Source: Sphaerobacterales bacterium
GTDB lineage: Bacteria; Chloroflexota; Chloroflexia; Thermomicrobiales; UBA6265
Assembly (NCBI GenBank): GCA_040376155.1
Contig: JBEIRG010000001.1
Location: 1-38,957 of the forward strand
Length of the DNA: 38,957 bases
Direction of reading: 5' to 3'
Positions within the stretch are counted from its first letter, which is position 1. Every line of letters begins with the position of its first letter. The position numbers and the translations under genes are program-made. Positions 24,544 to 33,487 of this stretch are shown in pieces. Below the pieces are notes generated by a model, which was not told the DNA's origin, did not search any database, and saw only the letters and a list, made by a program, of their open reading frames with translations.

Positions 24544-25443
24544 CGACCCTCGCTTCATCCTGCTGTACCCGAGGAAGAAGGCCGCATCGTCGAGCAGGGC
24601 GTCCACCTCATCCTTGCGGTAGAACGCCCAGGCCGCGCCTTCGGAGGCAAGCAGCCGGTCGCCGAGCCGAATCATCTCCTTCGGCTCGTAGACCGGGTTC
24701 ATGTCGCGATTCTCCAGCCGCACATTCAGCGCCGCCGCCGCGGGAACGATCTTCGCGAGCGCCGCGCCGCCGCTCTCCACGATCTCCTCGTACCGGATCA
24801 CCTCCTCGGGCATGAGGAAGGTGCCGACCTCAGCGAAGACCCGGTGAACAAGCGCCACCTGCCGGTCCAGCACGTCGGGAATGGCCTTCAGGTCCCGGCC
24901 GATTTCGGGAACCATCTTGTCGATCCCCGAACACCGTCCCTGCGTGCGAACCCCGTGATCGGTCTGCATCCACGAGACGAGCATCGCCAGCGGGTTGCGC
25001 ACGATGCCGAATGCGGGAATCTCCGGCGGCATGTCTCCGAGCGCGAAGACCCCCTGCACGGCATGCTTGATGATCAGGGTAAACCCCGCCTGTTGCGCCG
25101 GCACCGGGAACTTCCCCGACTTCACCGCAATCTTCCGCATTCCGTCGGGACCCGGCTCCGGGAGATAGTTGTCGTCCGGGATGCGGCCATCGATCGTGCG
25201 GCCGAGCGCCTCCCCCGTCTCCAGGATCGATGCGCGCTGGGTGGTGAACAACTCCTGCAGTCCTGCCGCCACACGGGCAGCCGAGCTGTCTTTTCAGGTA
25301 AGTCCGGGAACCTGCGGCTCGTTCAACGCCACCGTCGCGTCGAGCGAGGCGAGGAGCCGGCAGGCAAGCGTGGCGCCGGACCGCGGCGGCCCCACCAGCA
25401 GGATGTCGCGCCCGGTGGCGCCGTTGCCGTTGCTTTCGCCCAT
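24544..25443 (-). pseudogene. Sulfotransferase-like P-loop protein interrupted by an in-frame TGA and lacking a proper stop
   Basis: ATG 25443 gives MGESNGNGATGRDILLVGPPRSGATLACRLL..., a PAPS-binding 5'-PSB-like loop. An in-frame TGA lies at 25296-25294. The same frame then continues (KDSSAARVAAGLQELF...) for ~250 more recognisable codons to about 24544, giving ~300 aa in total. After that the frame runs on as antisense shadow through the nitrilase to 23374. Confidence 0.5.
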
Positions 25444-25506
25444 GCCAGCCCCTGTTCCCTCACCACGGCGCCGCGGCGCCGGATGGCGACCGATCGACCC
25501 GTCCGG

Positions 25507-25941
25507 CTAGCGGAAAAGACCGTTCTTGCCGACCACCGCGCTCGTCATCGCCTTGATGCGTGCAGCTCGCCCGGCGGCGCTCACCACCGGTCGCACCGCC
25601 TCCTCGCTCATGAACTCCACCGTACCGCGGGCGCGGCGAACAGTCTCGGTCGTTTCATCCAGCAGCGGAATGATCCGGTCCTTCGTCTGGACGGCGAGGA
25701 ACGCGAGCGCGGCGGAAACCCCTGCCAGCAGCAAAACGGTCAACGCGCCAAGCAGCACGATGAAGATGATCGCAATGTCGCGCAGCCGCTCCAGCGGCGC
25801 CTGATCCGCCCCGCCCAGCCGGTAGAGCCCGTAGCAAATACCGACGATGATCGCCAGCACCACCAGCACGCCGAGCGCGATCATCCCCTTCGTCTTGCCA
25901 TCCAGCCCGGATGAGGAGGGGTCCTCGTCATACAGTTCCAT
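25507..25941 (-). CDS. Hypothetical membrane protein (2 TM plus helical C-terminal tail)
   Basis: MIALGVLVVLAIIVGICYGLY and IAIIFIVLLGALTVLLLAGVSAALAFLAV are clear TM segments. I could not assign a family with confidence. Confidence 0.55.
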   Translation of the reverse strand: MELYDEDPSSSGLDGKTKGMIALGVLVVLAIIVGICYGLYRLGGADQAPLERLRDIAIIFIVLLGALTVLLLAGVSAALAFLAVQTKDRIIPLLDETTETVRRARGTVEFMSEEAVRPVVSAAGRAARIKAMTSAVVGKNGLFR

Positions 25942-26063
25942 CAGCGCCTATCCTCAACCGCCGTCTCCGGCGCAGCCGGTCACGGACTCACGTTCGTCTG
26001 TTCGGGTGAAGTATGCCGCGTTGCGGCTGATTCGGGCAGTCGATCCCGGTCGGCGCCCCGAAA

Positions 26064-27245
26064 TCAGGGGATCGCCGTCTCCACGTGGGAGATCGTGCCG
26101 CCGCCCAGCACCTCGTCGCCGCGATAGAACACCACCGCCTGCCCCGGCGAGGCGATCGGCCCCGGCCCGTCGAACGACACGGCCGCGGTCCCACTTCCGG
26201 CGGGTCCGGGCAGCACCGCCGCTCCCGCCAGTTGGCCCCGGTAGCGCACCATGATCTCGCAGGTGAACCCCTGTTCGGGCCACACGCCGCCCGTGAAGGC
26301 AACCTCCCCGGCGGCCAGCGAGACCGCCGCAGCCTGCTCCCGGGCGCCGACGACCACCCGGTTTGCCACCGGCTCCAGCCGCAGGACGTAAAGCGGTTCC
26401 TTCGCGGCGATGCCCAGCCCCCGCCGCTGCCCGACGGTATGGTGCACGAACCCCTTGTGCGCCCCGATCACCGTCCCATCGGCGGTGACAACCTCGCCCG
26501 GCCTGACGGCATCCGGCCGGCGCGCCGCGACGAAATCGGCGTAGGAGCGATTGCCGACGAAGCAGATCTCCTGCGATTCCGGCTTGTCCGCCACCGGCAG
26601 ATCGAACGCCCTGGCGAGCGCGCGCGTCTCCGTCTTGCGAAGGCCGCCAAGCGGAAACCGCAGGTAGCTCAACTGCTCCTGCGTCAGCGTGTGCAGCACA
26701 TAGCTCTGGTCCTTCAGCGGATCGATTGCGCGCAGCAGGCGGTGAGGCTGGCCGCTCGCCGGGTCGCCGTGTGCGATCCTCGCGTAGTGGCCAGTCGCGA
26801 GGCAGTCCGCGCCGAGCGCTTTCGCCCGCTCCACCAGATGCCGGAACTTCACGCCCCGGTTGCATTCGAGACAGGGGTTCGGCGTGCGCCCGTTCGCATA
26901 CTCGTCCACAAACTTGCCGATCACCGCCTCTCCGAACTCGACCTCCATGTTCAGCGCGTAAAAAGGAACCCCGATCCGGGCGCAGGTCCGGCGGGCATCG
27001 TCCATCGCCGGAATACCGCAACAGGGGTTGGCGCGGTGATCCTCGTCCTCCGGCGAAAAGAGCCGCAGATTGATTCCCACGACGCGGTAGCCGCGCTCGC
27101 GCATCAGCAGCGCCGTAACCGCGCTGTCCACGCCGCCGCTCATGGCGACGACGCAGGTCTTGCCCGCACCATCTCGCGGGCCGATTCGGCCATCGGCGAG
27201 CAGGGCGGCGATGTCGATGGCAGCGGAATCAGCGGACGTCTGCAT
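26064..27245 (-). CDS. mnmA: tRNA-specific 2-thiouridylase MnmA
   Basis: PP-loop VVAMSGGVDSAV, NPCCG, RTPNPCLECNRGVKF and LATGHYAR. Start at ATG 27245 (MQTSADS). Confidence 0.92.
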   Translation of the reverse strand: MQTSADSAAIDIAALLADGRIGPRDGAGKTCVVAMSGGVDSAVTALLMRERGYRVVGINLRLFSPEDEDHRANPCCGIPAMDDARRTCARIGVPFYALNMEVEFGEAVIGKFVDEYANGRTPNPCLECNRGVKFRHLVERAKALGADCLATGHYARIAHGDPASGQPHRLLRAIDPLKDQSYVLHTLTQEQLSYLRFPLGGLRKTETRALARAFDLPVADKPESQEICFVGNRSYADFVAARRPDAVRPGEVVTADGTVIGAHKGFVHHTVGQRRGLGIAAKEPLYVLRLEPVANRVVVGAREQAAAVSLAAGEVAFTGGVWPEQGFTCEIMVRYRGQLAGAAVLPGPAGSGTAAVSFDGPGPIASPGQAVVFYRGDEVLGGGTISHVETAIP

Positions 27246-27389
27246 TGGCACGATCGCTCGGTGGGGTGGTGGCGTAGCGGATGGGATTTCCCGGCAAAGG
27301 ATGGCACGCGCACGCCATTCACTGCCAGCAATAGCCCCGCCCGCCCTGCCGATCGGCGGGGCGGGCGGGGATTCATGCATCGAACGGGA

Positions 27390-30182
27390 CTAGTTGTCCG
27401 GGGCGTTCTTCGGGCGACTGAACCCGCCCGCAGCCGCCGCTTGCGTGGTGCGGTAGCAGACCTCCGGAATCGTCGCCGAGTAGGACGGCCAACCCGGGGC
27501 GTGGTACAGCATGGAGTCCATGTTTCCCTTGACCGGGTAGCTTTCGGGGCAGGTATCTCCCTGCGGGAGCTTCGTGCCCTTCGGCGCCTTGCGGCCCGAA
27601 CGGGTCTCCTTGCCCTCGTCGTCGGCATCGTCGCCAGCGCCGCCGCCGCTGCCGCTGCTGCCGCTCCCCTGGGCTTTCACGCCCTGCCGGGCATCGCTGC
27701 CGCCGCCGCTGCCGCCCTTGGCGTCCTTGCCGCCGCCGTCGCCGCGACCGCCCTTGGCATCACTGCCGCCGCCGCCCCGCGAGGCGCCGTCACGCTGGCT
27801 CGGCGGGAGCTGGTACCCCGCGGCCTCGGCGTCAGCCTCGGAGGCGAAGCAGACCTCCGGGTCGGTGTTCGCGTAGAACTGCGTGCCGGGCCGGTGGTAC
27901 AGCATCGAGCTCAGGTTGCCCTTGATCGGCATGCTGCTCGGGCAGGTTCCATCCGACGCCCAGTGCGCGCCCTTCGGAAGAGCCCGGCCCTGTCCGTCGT
28001 GGCTCGCGGTGGCAGAGGATGCTCCACCTGCGTAGCCCTTGCCGCCGCTCTTGCCACCGTGGCCCTCGCCGTGGCCGTCGCCGCCGCCGGCCTTGACTCC
28101 CTGCCGGGCGTCTCCGCTGCTGCCGCTGCCGCTGCCGCTGCCGCCGCTACCGGACCCAGATCCGCTCTTGCCGGAACCCTGCTTCGGCTCGCCTGCGGCG
28201 CGGCCCTTCGACTTGTAGCTGCCCGCGCCGGGGTATCCCTCGGCATTCTTCGGCCAGTCGTAGCCCGCATCCTCGGCAGTGATGATGTCCGGGAAGCACA
28301 CCTCCGCGATGGTCGCCTGGAAGGACGGCCAGCCCGGCGCATGGTAGAGGTTGGAGTCGAGATTGCCCTTCAACGGGTAATCGGCGGGGCACTCGCCACC
28401 AGTCGCCCAGACGGCGCCCCCGGGCAGCGTCATCACGACCTCGGCCTCAGCCGCCGCCGCGATGCCCATGCCTGCGGGCATCGGATCGCTGGAGTGCCAC
28501 GCGGATGCGAGCGCCTGCGCGATCAGCGGCGCCTGATCCGGTCCAGCATTCTGGGCGTTGCGCGGGCGTCGGAAACCAGCCGCCTCGGCCGCGTCCGCCG
28601 TGCGGAAGCAGACCTCGGGGACGGTCGGCAGCCACGTGCCCATCCACGACTCGTGATAGATCATCGAGTTGCGGTTGCCCTTGATCGGGTAATCCCGCGG
28701 ACAGGTTCCCCCGCGCGGGTTGGCGACGCCGGACTGGTCGTCCACCGCGCCCTCGTCCCACGTCCAGGCAGTGATGCCGCCACCACGCTCGAACGCGCCT
28801 GCGTAGGAGGATGCGATGTACATGCGGGCGTCTTCCGGGCGCGGGGCGGTGTCACCCGGCTCGCGCGGCGGATTCGCCTTCTCCATCACCTCCCAGAGGG
28901 TATCGGATCCGGCCAGGCTCGCGCGCTCGCCCGGCTCGCGCCGTCCCAGGTTCACCACCCGGTCGTCGGACGCGCCGTACAAGGTCGCCTCGGCATTGCT
29001 GGTGAACTTCCCGGCCAGCCGCGGCGGAGCGGGCATCGTCTGCTCGAAGCTCGCCTTCAGTTCGACATCGCCGCCATCGGAGACCTCGAACTCTCGACCA
29101 CCGACGATTTCCTCGGCCGCGATGTGTCCGGCCGCCGCAATCGCCGCCCCATCGATGAGCTCGCCGCCAAGCGCGCCGCCCTCATGAATGAAGGCTTCGC
29201 CGCCGTCGCCAAAGGCGTCGGCGTGAGGATGAGGAATGCCATCCCGGCCGCCAGCGGGGAACGGGATCGGATCGAGGCTGCCGTCCGCACCCACAGCGAA
29301 CTCGCGGCCACCGACAATCTCCTCACCCACGGTCCGCGCGCCGGAGGCCGCAGCAGCAGCGCCCCGGCCAATCTCGCCCTCGATCTCCTCCATGCCGGGA
29401 AGGTCCGGGGTGCCATCGGCATCGAAGTCCGTCAACGCGCCAGCGTTCCCGGCGATGCCCTCGATGAACTCGCCGATTTTCTCGCCGATGCTCTCGTGGT
29501 GGGGCGCATCCGCGCCAAGCGCCGCGCCGACCCCGCCAAGTGCTGCCGCGGCATCCACGCCGAGACCACCTGCATCGAGCCCACCCGGCAGGTCGAGACC
29601 GCCGACCGCGCCCGGAACGGCATCGATTGCCCCGGCGAGGTCGAGATTCAGGTCAGCGCTGGGCATGTCCAGTCCGGCCACTGCGCCAGCCGCGCCATTC
29701 GCTGCGTCCTGCGCATGATGTCGGGCGTGGTGTCCGGCATCCTCGACCCGGTCCTTTGCCCGGCCAAGCGCCGCGTCGGCCTCGCCGGCAAGGTTGCCCG
29801 CCGCGCCTGACACATCGTCAGCTGCGCCGCGCAGACCTCCGGCAAGATCGTCCGCACCCTCCCGAACGGCGTCACCAGCACGGTCCAGACCCGCGCCGGC
29901 CGCCGCAGCCGCCGCGCCAAGCCCGGCCGCTGCCACCCCGGCCCCGGCGCGCAAATCGCCACCGAGGTTATCCGCGCCCCGGCGCGCCGCCTCCCCGGCG
30001 CGGTCCAGCCCGGCGCCCGCGTCGGCGCCTGCCGCGCGGATGCCCTGCGCCGCATCGGCCGCGACAGAATGCGTGCTCGCCTTTGCCTTCTTTCCAAAGA
30101 TCAGGTGCAGCAACCACCAGATCACGAACGCGATGATCGCCAGAATGATGAACTTGATCCAGGCTGAGTTCTCGCCTTGCAT
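27390..30182 (-). CDS. Membrane-anchored 930-aa protein: N-terminal TM, Ala/Gly/Asp-rich repeats, four C-terminal CP..YPxKGN..YH.PG..EVCF domains
   Basis: ATG 30182 follows CAGGAGGG. The TM segment is [22 protein letters not shown]. Low-complexity repeats follow ([22 protein letters not shown] / [22 protein letters not shown]; EEIVGGREF twice). Four ~50-aa repeats are separated by Gly/Ser/Lys linkers. Confidence 0.8.
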   Translation of the reverse strand: MQGENSAWIKFIILAIIAFVIWWLLHLIFGKKAKASTHSVAADAAQGIRAAGADAGAGLDRAGEAARRGADNLGGDLRAGAGVAAAGLGAAAAAAGAGLDRAGDAVREGADDLAGGLRGAADDVSGAAGNLAGEADAALGRAKDRVEDAGHHARHHAQDAANGAAGAVAGLDMPSADLNLDLAGAIDAVPGAVGGLDLPGGLDAGGLGVDAAAALGGVGAALGADAPHHESIGEKIGEFIEGIAGNAGALTDFDADGTPDLPGMEEIEGEIGRGAAAAASGARTVGEEIVGGREFAVGADGSLDPIPFPAGGRDGIPHPHADAFGDGGEAFIHEGGALGGELIDGAAIAAAGHIAAEEIVGGREFEVSDGGDVELKASFEQTMPAPPRLAGKFTSNAEATLYGASDDRVVNLGRREPGERASLAGSDTLWEVMEKANPPREPGDTAPRPEDARMYIASSYAGAFERGGGITAWTWDEGAVDDQSGVANPRGGTCPRDYPIKGNRNSMIYHESWMGTWLPTVPEVCFRTADAAEAAGFRRPRNAQNAGPDQAPLIAQALASAWHSSDPMPAGMGIAAAAEAEVVMTLPGGAVWATGGECPADYPLKGNLDSNLYHAPGWPSFQATIAEVCFPDIITAEDAGYDWPKNAEGYPGAGSYKSKGRAAGEPKQGSGKSGSGSGSGGSGSGSGSSGDARQGVKAGGGDGHGEGHGGKSGGKGYAGGASSATASHDGQGRALPKGAHWASDGTCPSSMPIKGNLSSMLYHRPGTQFYANTDPEVCFASEADAEAAGYQLPPSQRDGASRGGGGSDAKGGRGDGGGKDAKGGSGGGSDARQGVKAQGSGSSGSGGGAGDDADDEGKETRSGRKAPKGTKLPQGDTCPESYPVKGNMDSMLYHAPGWPSYSATIPEVCYRTTQAAAAGGFSRPKNAPDN
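27402..28712 (-). repeat. Four protein-level repeats of a ~50-aa two-Cys domain (possibly the domain annotated elsewhere as 'sunset')
   Basis: The copies lie at about 28554-28712, 28242-28400, 27798-27953 and 27402-27563. Their sequences begin [134 protein letters not shown] and [47 protein letters not shown]. Confidence 0.8.
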
Positions 30183-30332
30183 GGTGCGGGGCCCTCCTGT
30201 TTCGCCACCGTACGGGTAGTGGCGCGCTCGCATGATTGCCTGCCATCACGATTTTCGCAGCATGTTTACCTCATGGCCTCCCTTGGCCATGGCTGCGCCG
30301 GACGTTTCTCCGGTGCATGGTATCCTTTTTTG

Positions 30333-31451
30333 ATGCAACGCACATCCCCCGATCCGCCGCAAATCCCGTTTTCGCGACGGTCCAGCCGACCGCTCGGCTT
30401 CTACGATCTGACCCTCGATCAGCTCACGGAACGCATGACGGCATGGGGCTTTCCCGCGTTCCGCGCCCGCCAGGTCTGGGGATGGGCCTATCGCAATCTG
30501 GCGCTCGGCTACGACGAGATGACCAACCTGCCCGCAGCCCTGCGCGAGAACCTCGCCGCCGAACTCCCGCTCTCCACCCTCGCTACCGTCCGCGAACTCA
30601 CGGCGGACAACGGCGAGACAATCAAGACCCTCTACCGCACCGGCGATGGCGAGCTGGTCGAAACCGTGCTGATGCTCTACCCCGGCCGCGCGACCGTGTG
30701 CGTCTCCTGTCAGGTGGGCTGCGCGGTCGGCTGCGCCTTCTGCGCCACCGGGCTCGGCGGACTTACGCGCAATCTCACCTCCGGTGAAATCGTCGCGCAG
30801 GCGGTCGGCGCAGCCCGCCGGGCCCGCGATCGCGGCCGCGCCCTGACCAACCTGGTGATGATGGGCATGGGCGAACCTCTCCAGAACTACGCGGAAACGA
30901 TGGAGTTCATCGCCACCCTGAACGATCCGGACGGGATGAACTTCGGCGCGCGCCGGATCACCATCTCCACCTCCGGCATTGTCCCGAAGATCGACGCCCT
31001 CGCGGACGAGCCGTGGCAGGTCAACCTCGCCGTCTCCCTCCATGCCCCGGGCGACGAACTTCGCAGCAGCCTCGTTCCGATCAATCGGCGCTACCCGGTG
31101 GCGGAACTCATGGCGGCCTGCCAGCGGTACATCGACCGCACCGGCCGGCGTGTCTCGTTCGAGTATGCCCTGATGCGCGGCATCAACGACTCCGACGACA
31201 CCGCCCGCGCCCTCGCCGATCTGTTGCGCGGGATGCTCTGCCACGTGAACATCATCCCGCTCAACCCGGTCGATGTGCTCCCCTACGAGCGCCCCGATCC
31301 GGCTGGCATCGAGCGCTTCGCCGACACCCTCCGCGCCGCTGGCATCCCCGCCACCGTCCGCTACAGCCGCGGCCTCGACATCGATGCCGCCTGCGGCCAA
31401 CTCCGCGCCAAGGCGTCGGAACTCGCCAGCGAAACCGCCGCCCCCGCCTGA
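30333..31451 (+). CDS. rlmN: 23S rRNA/tRNA (adenine-C2)-methyltransferase RlmN (radical SAM)
   Basis: [11 protein letters not shown], radical-SAM [22 protein letters not shown] and the C-terminal [11 protein letters not shown] are RlmN hallmarks. Start at ATG 30333. Confidence 0.92.
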   Translation: MQRTSPDPPQIPFSRRSSRPLGFYDLTLDQLTERMTAWGFPAFRARQVWGWAYRNLALGYDEMTNLPAALRENLAAELPLSTLATVRELTADNGETIKTLYRTGDGELVETVLMLYPGRATVCVSCQVGCAVGCAFCATGLGGLTRNLTSGEIVAQAVGAARRARDRGRALTNLVMMGMGEPLQNYAETMEFIATLNDPDGMNFGARRITISTSGIVPKIDALADEPWQVNLAVSLHAPGDELRSSLVPINRRYPVAELMAACQRYIDRTGRRVSFEYALMRGINDSDDTARALADLLRGMLCHVNIIPLNPVDVLPYERPDPAGIERFADTLRAAGIPATVRYSRGLDIDAACGQLRAKASELASETAAPA

Positions 31452-31552
31452 CCGATGCCGCCACCCGCACCACCCAGTCGCGCGATGTAGCGCGACCTTG
31501 CGACAATGCGGCGGCGTGGGGGAGAGCCGCTCGATTCGCCAGGACGACATGA

Positions 31553-32312
31553 ATGGCACGGTACCAGGGCCGGGAGGCGATCTACGACATCGCCCGGCAA
31601 TTCCGCGAGCGTTGCCTGTTCGGGGAAGCATCACTGCTGTGACCGGATGACCACGCGTGGGCTGATGAGAACATTCAGTTGCTTCTTGCAGCGATGGCCA
31701 CTGATCCCATCGGAGAATCCACCCTCCGATTCGGCCAACGACTCAACGTGCAACTCGCACCTCGGGACGATGACATTTGCCAGATTGCTGCGGATCTGAA
31801 TGCGTTTTCAGCTTGTTCCCGAGTGACCTGAAGGCATCATTCGTTCGCGGTGTGATTGAGCCCCGGCTCGGCCGAGCCGAGGATGCTCCGGCATGGGCCG
31901 ACCCCGTCGCCGCCTCCGAATCTGGCCGGTGCAGGATGGCGAAGCGCCGGTGTACCAGAACTGGCTTGCAAGCAGGAATCTGCCCGCCGCCACCCAGCAG
32001 CAGCTGCACCGGCTCTTCGTCAACCTCAACAACGAGATCGGCAAGCGCCTCACCACCGACTTTCAGGTCGGCCACAGCTATTTCATGCGCGACGACATCC
32101 ACACCGAACTCGGCCTGCAGCGCGTCTGGAAGCACGCCGTCACGCCCCTGCTGCGGGAGTATTTTCACTCCACCCGCAATGCCGACACCGTGCTCGCGGA
32201 GTTCACAATCCTCCGGTTGCTCGGCCTGCCCGACGGCGCGGAGCCGGAACGCGCGGACCAATCCGCCTCCTGCCTGCACGAGGAATGCGCCTCTGGCACA
32301 CTCCCGGCATGA
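31553..32312 (+). pseudogene. Decayed McrB-like (AAA+ GTPase restriction subunit) gene: N-terminal and C-terminal remnants, ATPase core deleted
   Basis: The 5' piece is MARYQGREAIYDIARQFRERCLFGEASLL-TGA(31640-31642)-PDDHAWADENIQLL...RFGQRLNVQL...ICQIAADLNAF, with a stop at 31829. The 3' piece (31893-32312, a different frame) is RRRLRIWPV..YQNWL...LFVNLNNEI....FQVGHSYFM....VWKHAVTPLLREYF. That piece is collinear with the E. coli McrB C-terminus as I recall it (RRRFSF..FRNFL..MNELNQEI..FRIGHSYF..IAPLLEEYF). No Walker A/B region lies between the pieces, and the local GC is lower. Confidence 0.6.
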
Positions 32313-32884
32313 CCACCCGCCGCACCGCGATCCGCTCCCTACCCGCTCTTGCCGCGTTCATCCGGGCGTCGACCGCGACGCCCGGCGCGACCCCCGCGTC
32401 CGGCACGCCGACGGCGGAAGCACCGCCCGGGCTCGCGCCCGGCGTACCGGTCAGCATGAACATCGCGAACGAAAACGCCACGTCGGACCGTCTCATCCGG
32501 GCAACCTGCCCCATCGCGGTGCGGGTCGAACTGCGGGCGAGCGAGGGATTCGGGCAGCACCGGCACGAGATCATCCTGCCGGACGGGATTGCCGTTCCCG
32601 CCCGGGGTTCGATCGTCCTCGAACCACTGGGCGATCATCTTGCCCTTGTCGGACTGCGCGCGCCGCTCGCGCAAGTTGACACCTTCGCGCTCGATCTCGA
32701 GTTCGAGCGCGCCGGCGCCATCGCAGTGACCGGCAGGGTACGCAGAAAACAGGATGCGGCGGGCGTCGCGCCGATTCCACCCGCGGTGGCGGGCGGCCTC
32801 ACCATCTCCCTCGTCTCGGCGCCCCCCGCTCCGGGCCCGCACCCCACTCCCTCGGCTGCAACGCCCGTGGCGCCTTCCTCCTGA
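32309..32884 (+). CDS. Tat-signal PCu(A)C-like (DUF461-like) protein lacking the canonical Met ligands
   Basis: ATG 32309 overlaps the upstream stop (ATGA). Tat motif MTTRRTAIRSLPALAAF. The core VSMNIANENATSDRLIRATCPIAVRVELR....IAVPARGSIVLEPLGDHLALVGLRAPL..DTFALDLEFERAG is collinear with PCuAC (..N.g..d.L.ga.sp.a..velH ... PgG.HiMl.gl). It has R for the first His and H-L-A for HxM. Confidence 0.55.
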   Translation: MTTRRTAIRSLPALAAFIRASTATPGATPASGTPTAEAPPGLAPGVPVSMNIANENATSDRLIRATCPIAVRVELRASEGFGQHRHEIILPDGIAVPARGSIVLEPLGDHLALVGLRAPLAQVDTFALDLEFERAGAIAVTGRVRRKQDAAGVAPIPPAVAGGLTISLVSAPPAPGPHPTPSAATPVAPSS

Positions 32885-33286
32885 CCCCTTGCCGGGCCCG
32901 GCGGCCACCACCCGTTGCATCGGGACATCGCCGCCGCAGGCGAACCGGGGCAACGCGATCCTGAACGGGGTTCACTCGCCGCCACCTTCGCCGCTCGCAG
33001 CCGAACGGTGTCGACGGGGCGGTGGTCGTGACCGCAATCGCGGTCTCGGGCAACCTCGCCAGGCCGGTGCGCCGCCGGAAGACGGACGGGCCGCGCTCGC
33101 CTGTCGAACCCGTCGCCGGCGCGACGGCTCACCACCAGCATCAGGCTTTCGAGCGCAGCCATGCTCCGTGGCGCTGATCCCGCCGAATCCGTTACCGTAC
33201 CCGGTGAAGGCTAACGGCCTTTTGACCATTGGTTTGTTTCATGTTTACTCCGTCCGTCTAGAGCGAACCGCGATCCTACTCGATCC

Positions 33287-33316
33287 TTGACAAACTCACG
33301 TCGGTTTGTTCATACT
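33287..33316 (+). promoter_or_regulatory. Sigma70-like promoter candidate for the 33488 gene
   Basis: TTGACA (33287-33292), an 18-nt spacer, then CATACT (33311-33316). It sits in a locally AT-richer stretch and would give a leader of about 165 nt. Confidence 0.3.
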
Positions 33317-33487
33317 CCGCCCGTTGAATTGTTCACGCGCGTTGATGGCATAGCGCTCGATTGATCCACGATCATTGCGACGATTGACCTTTGAATCGTA
33401 AGCAGCGTGTGATCCAGCGCTGTCGGCAAACGCGATGACCGGCCCGGCCCGTACCGCCCGGCCACCCGAGGGAGGTTGTTTCTACGC

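Noticed and set aside
25250-25296. Selenocysteine insertion at the TGA of the sulfotransferase-like gene
   Set aside because: Only a weak 5-bp hairpin lies downstream. The window has no sel genes, and I know of no precedent for Sec at this position in this family. It is kept as a remote alternative inside the pseudogene finding.
27600-28150. Runs of GCC/GCT/GCG triplet repeats that look like a tandem-repeat or VNTR locus
   Set aside because: They are the antisense of GGC/AGC codons that encode the Gly/Ser linkers between the repeated domains of the giant protein. There are no spacer/repeat periodicities of CRISPR type.
26085-29810. 1241-aa ORF on the plus strand, the longest in the track
   Set aside because: It lies antisense to mnmA and to the giant repeat protein. 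Its composition is Arg/Ala/Gly/Pro junk with no motifs, whereas the minus-strand frames carry unmistakable MnmA motifs and a four-fold repeated domain. This is a typical high-GC shadow ORF.
25294-31642. The idea that TGA is read as a sense codon (Trp/Gly) in this organism, because two genes have in-frame TGAs (25294-25296 and 31640-31642)
   Set aside because: Many well-defined genes here terminate with TGA at the expected length, including azlC, the response regulator, the gluconolactonase, the agmatinase, iorA and the amidase. TGA is therefore a normal stop. The two cases sit in genes with additional damage (missing stop; deleted core), which fits pseudogenes better.
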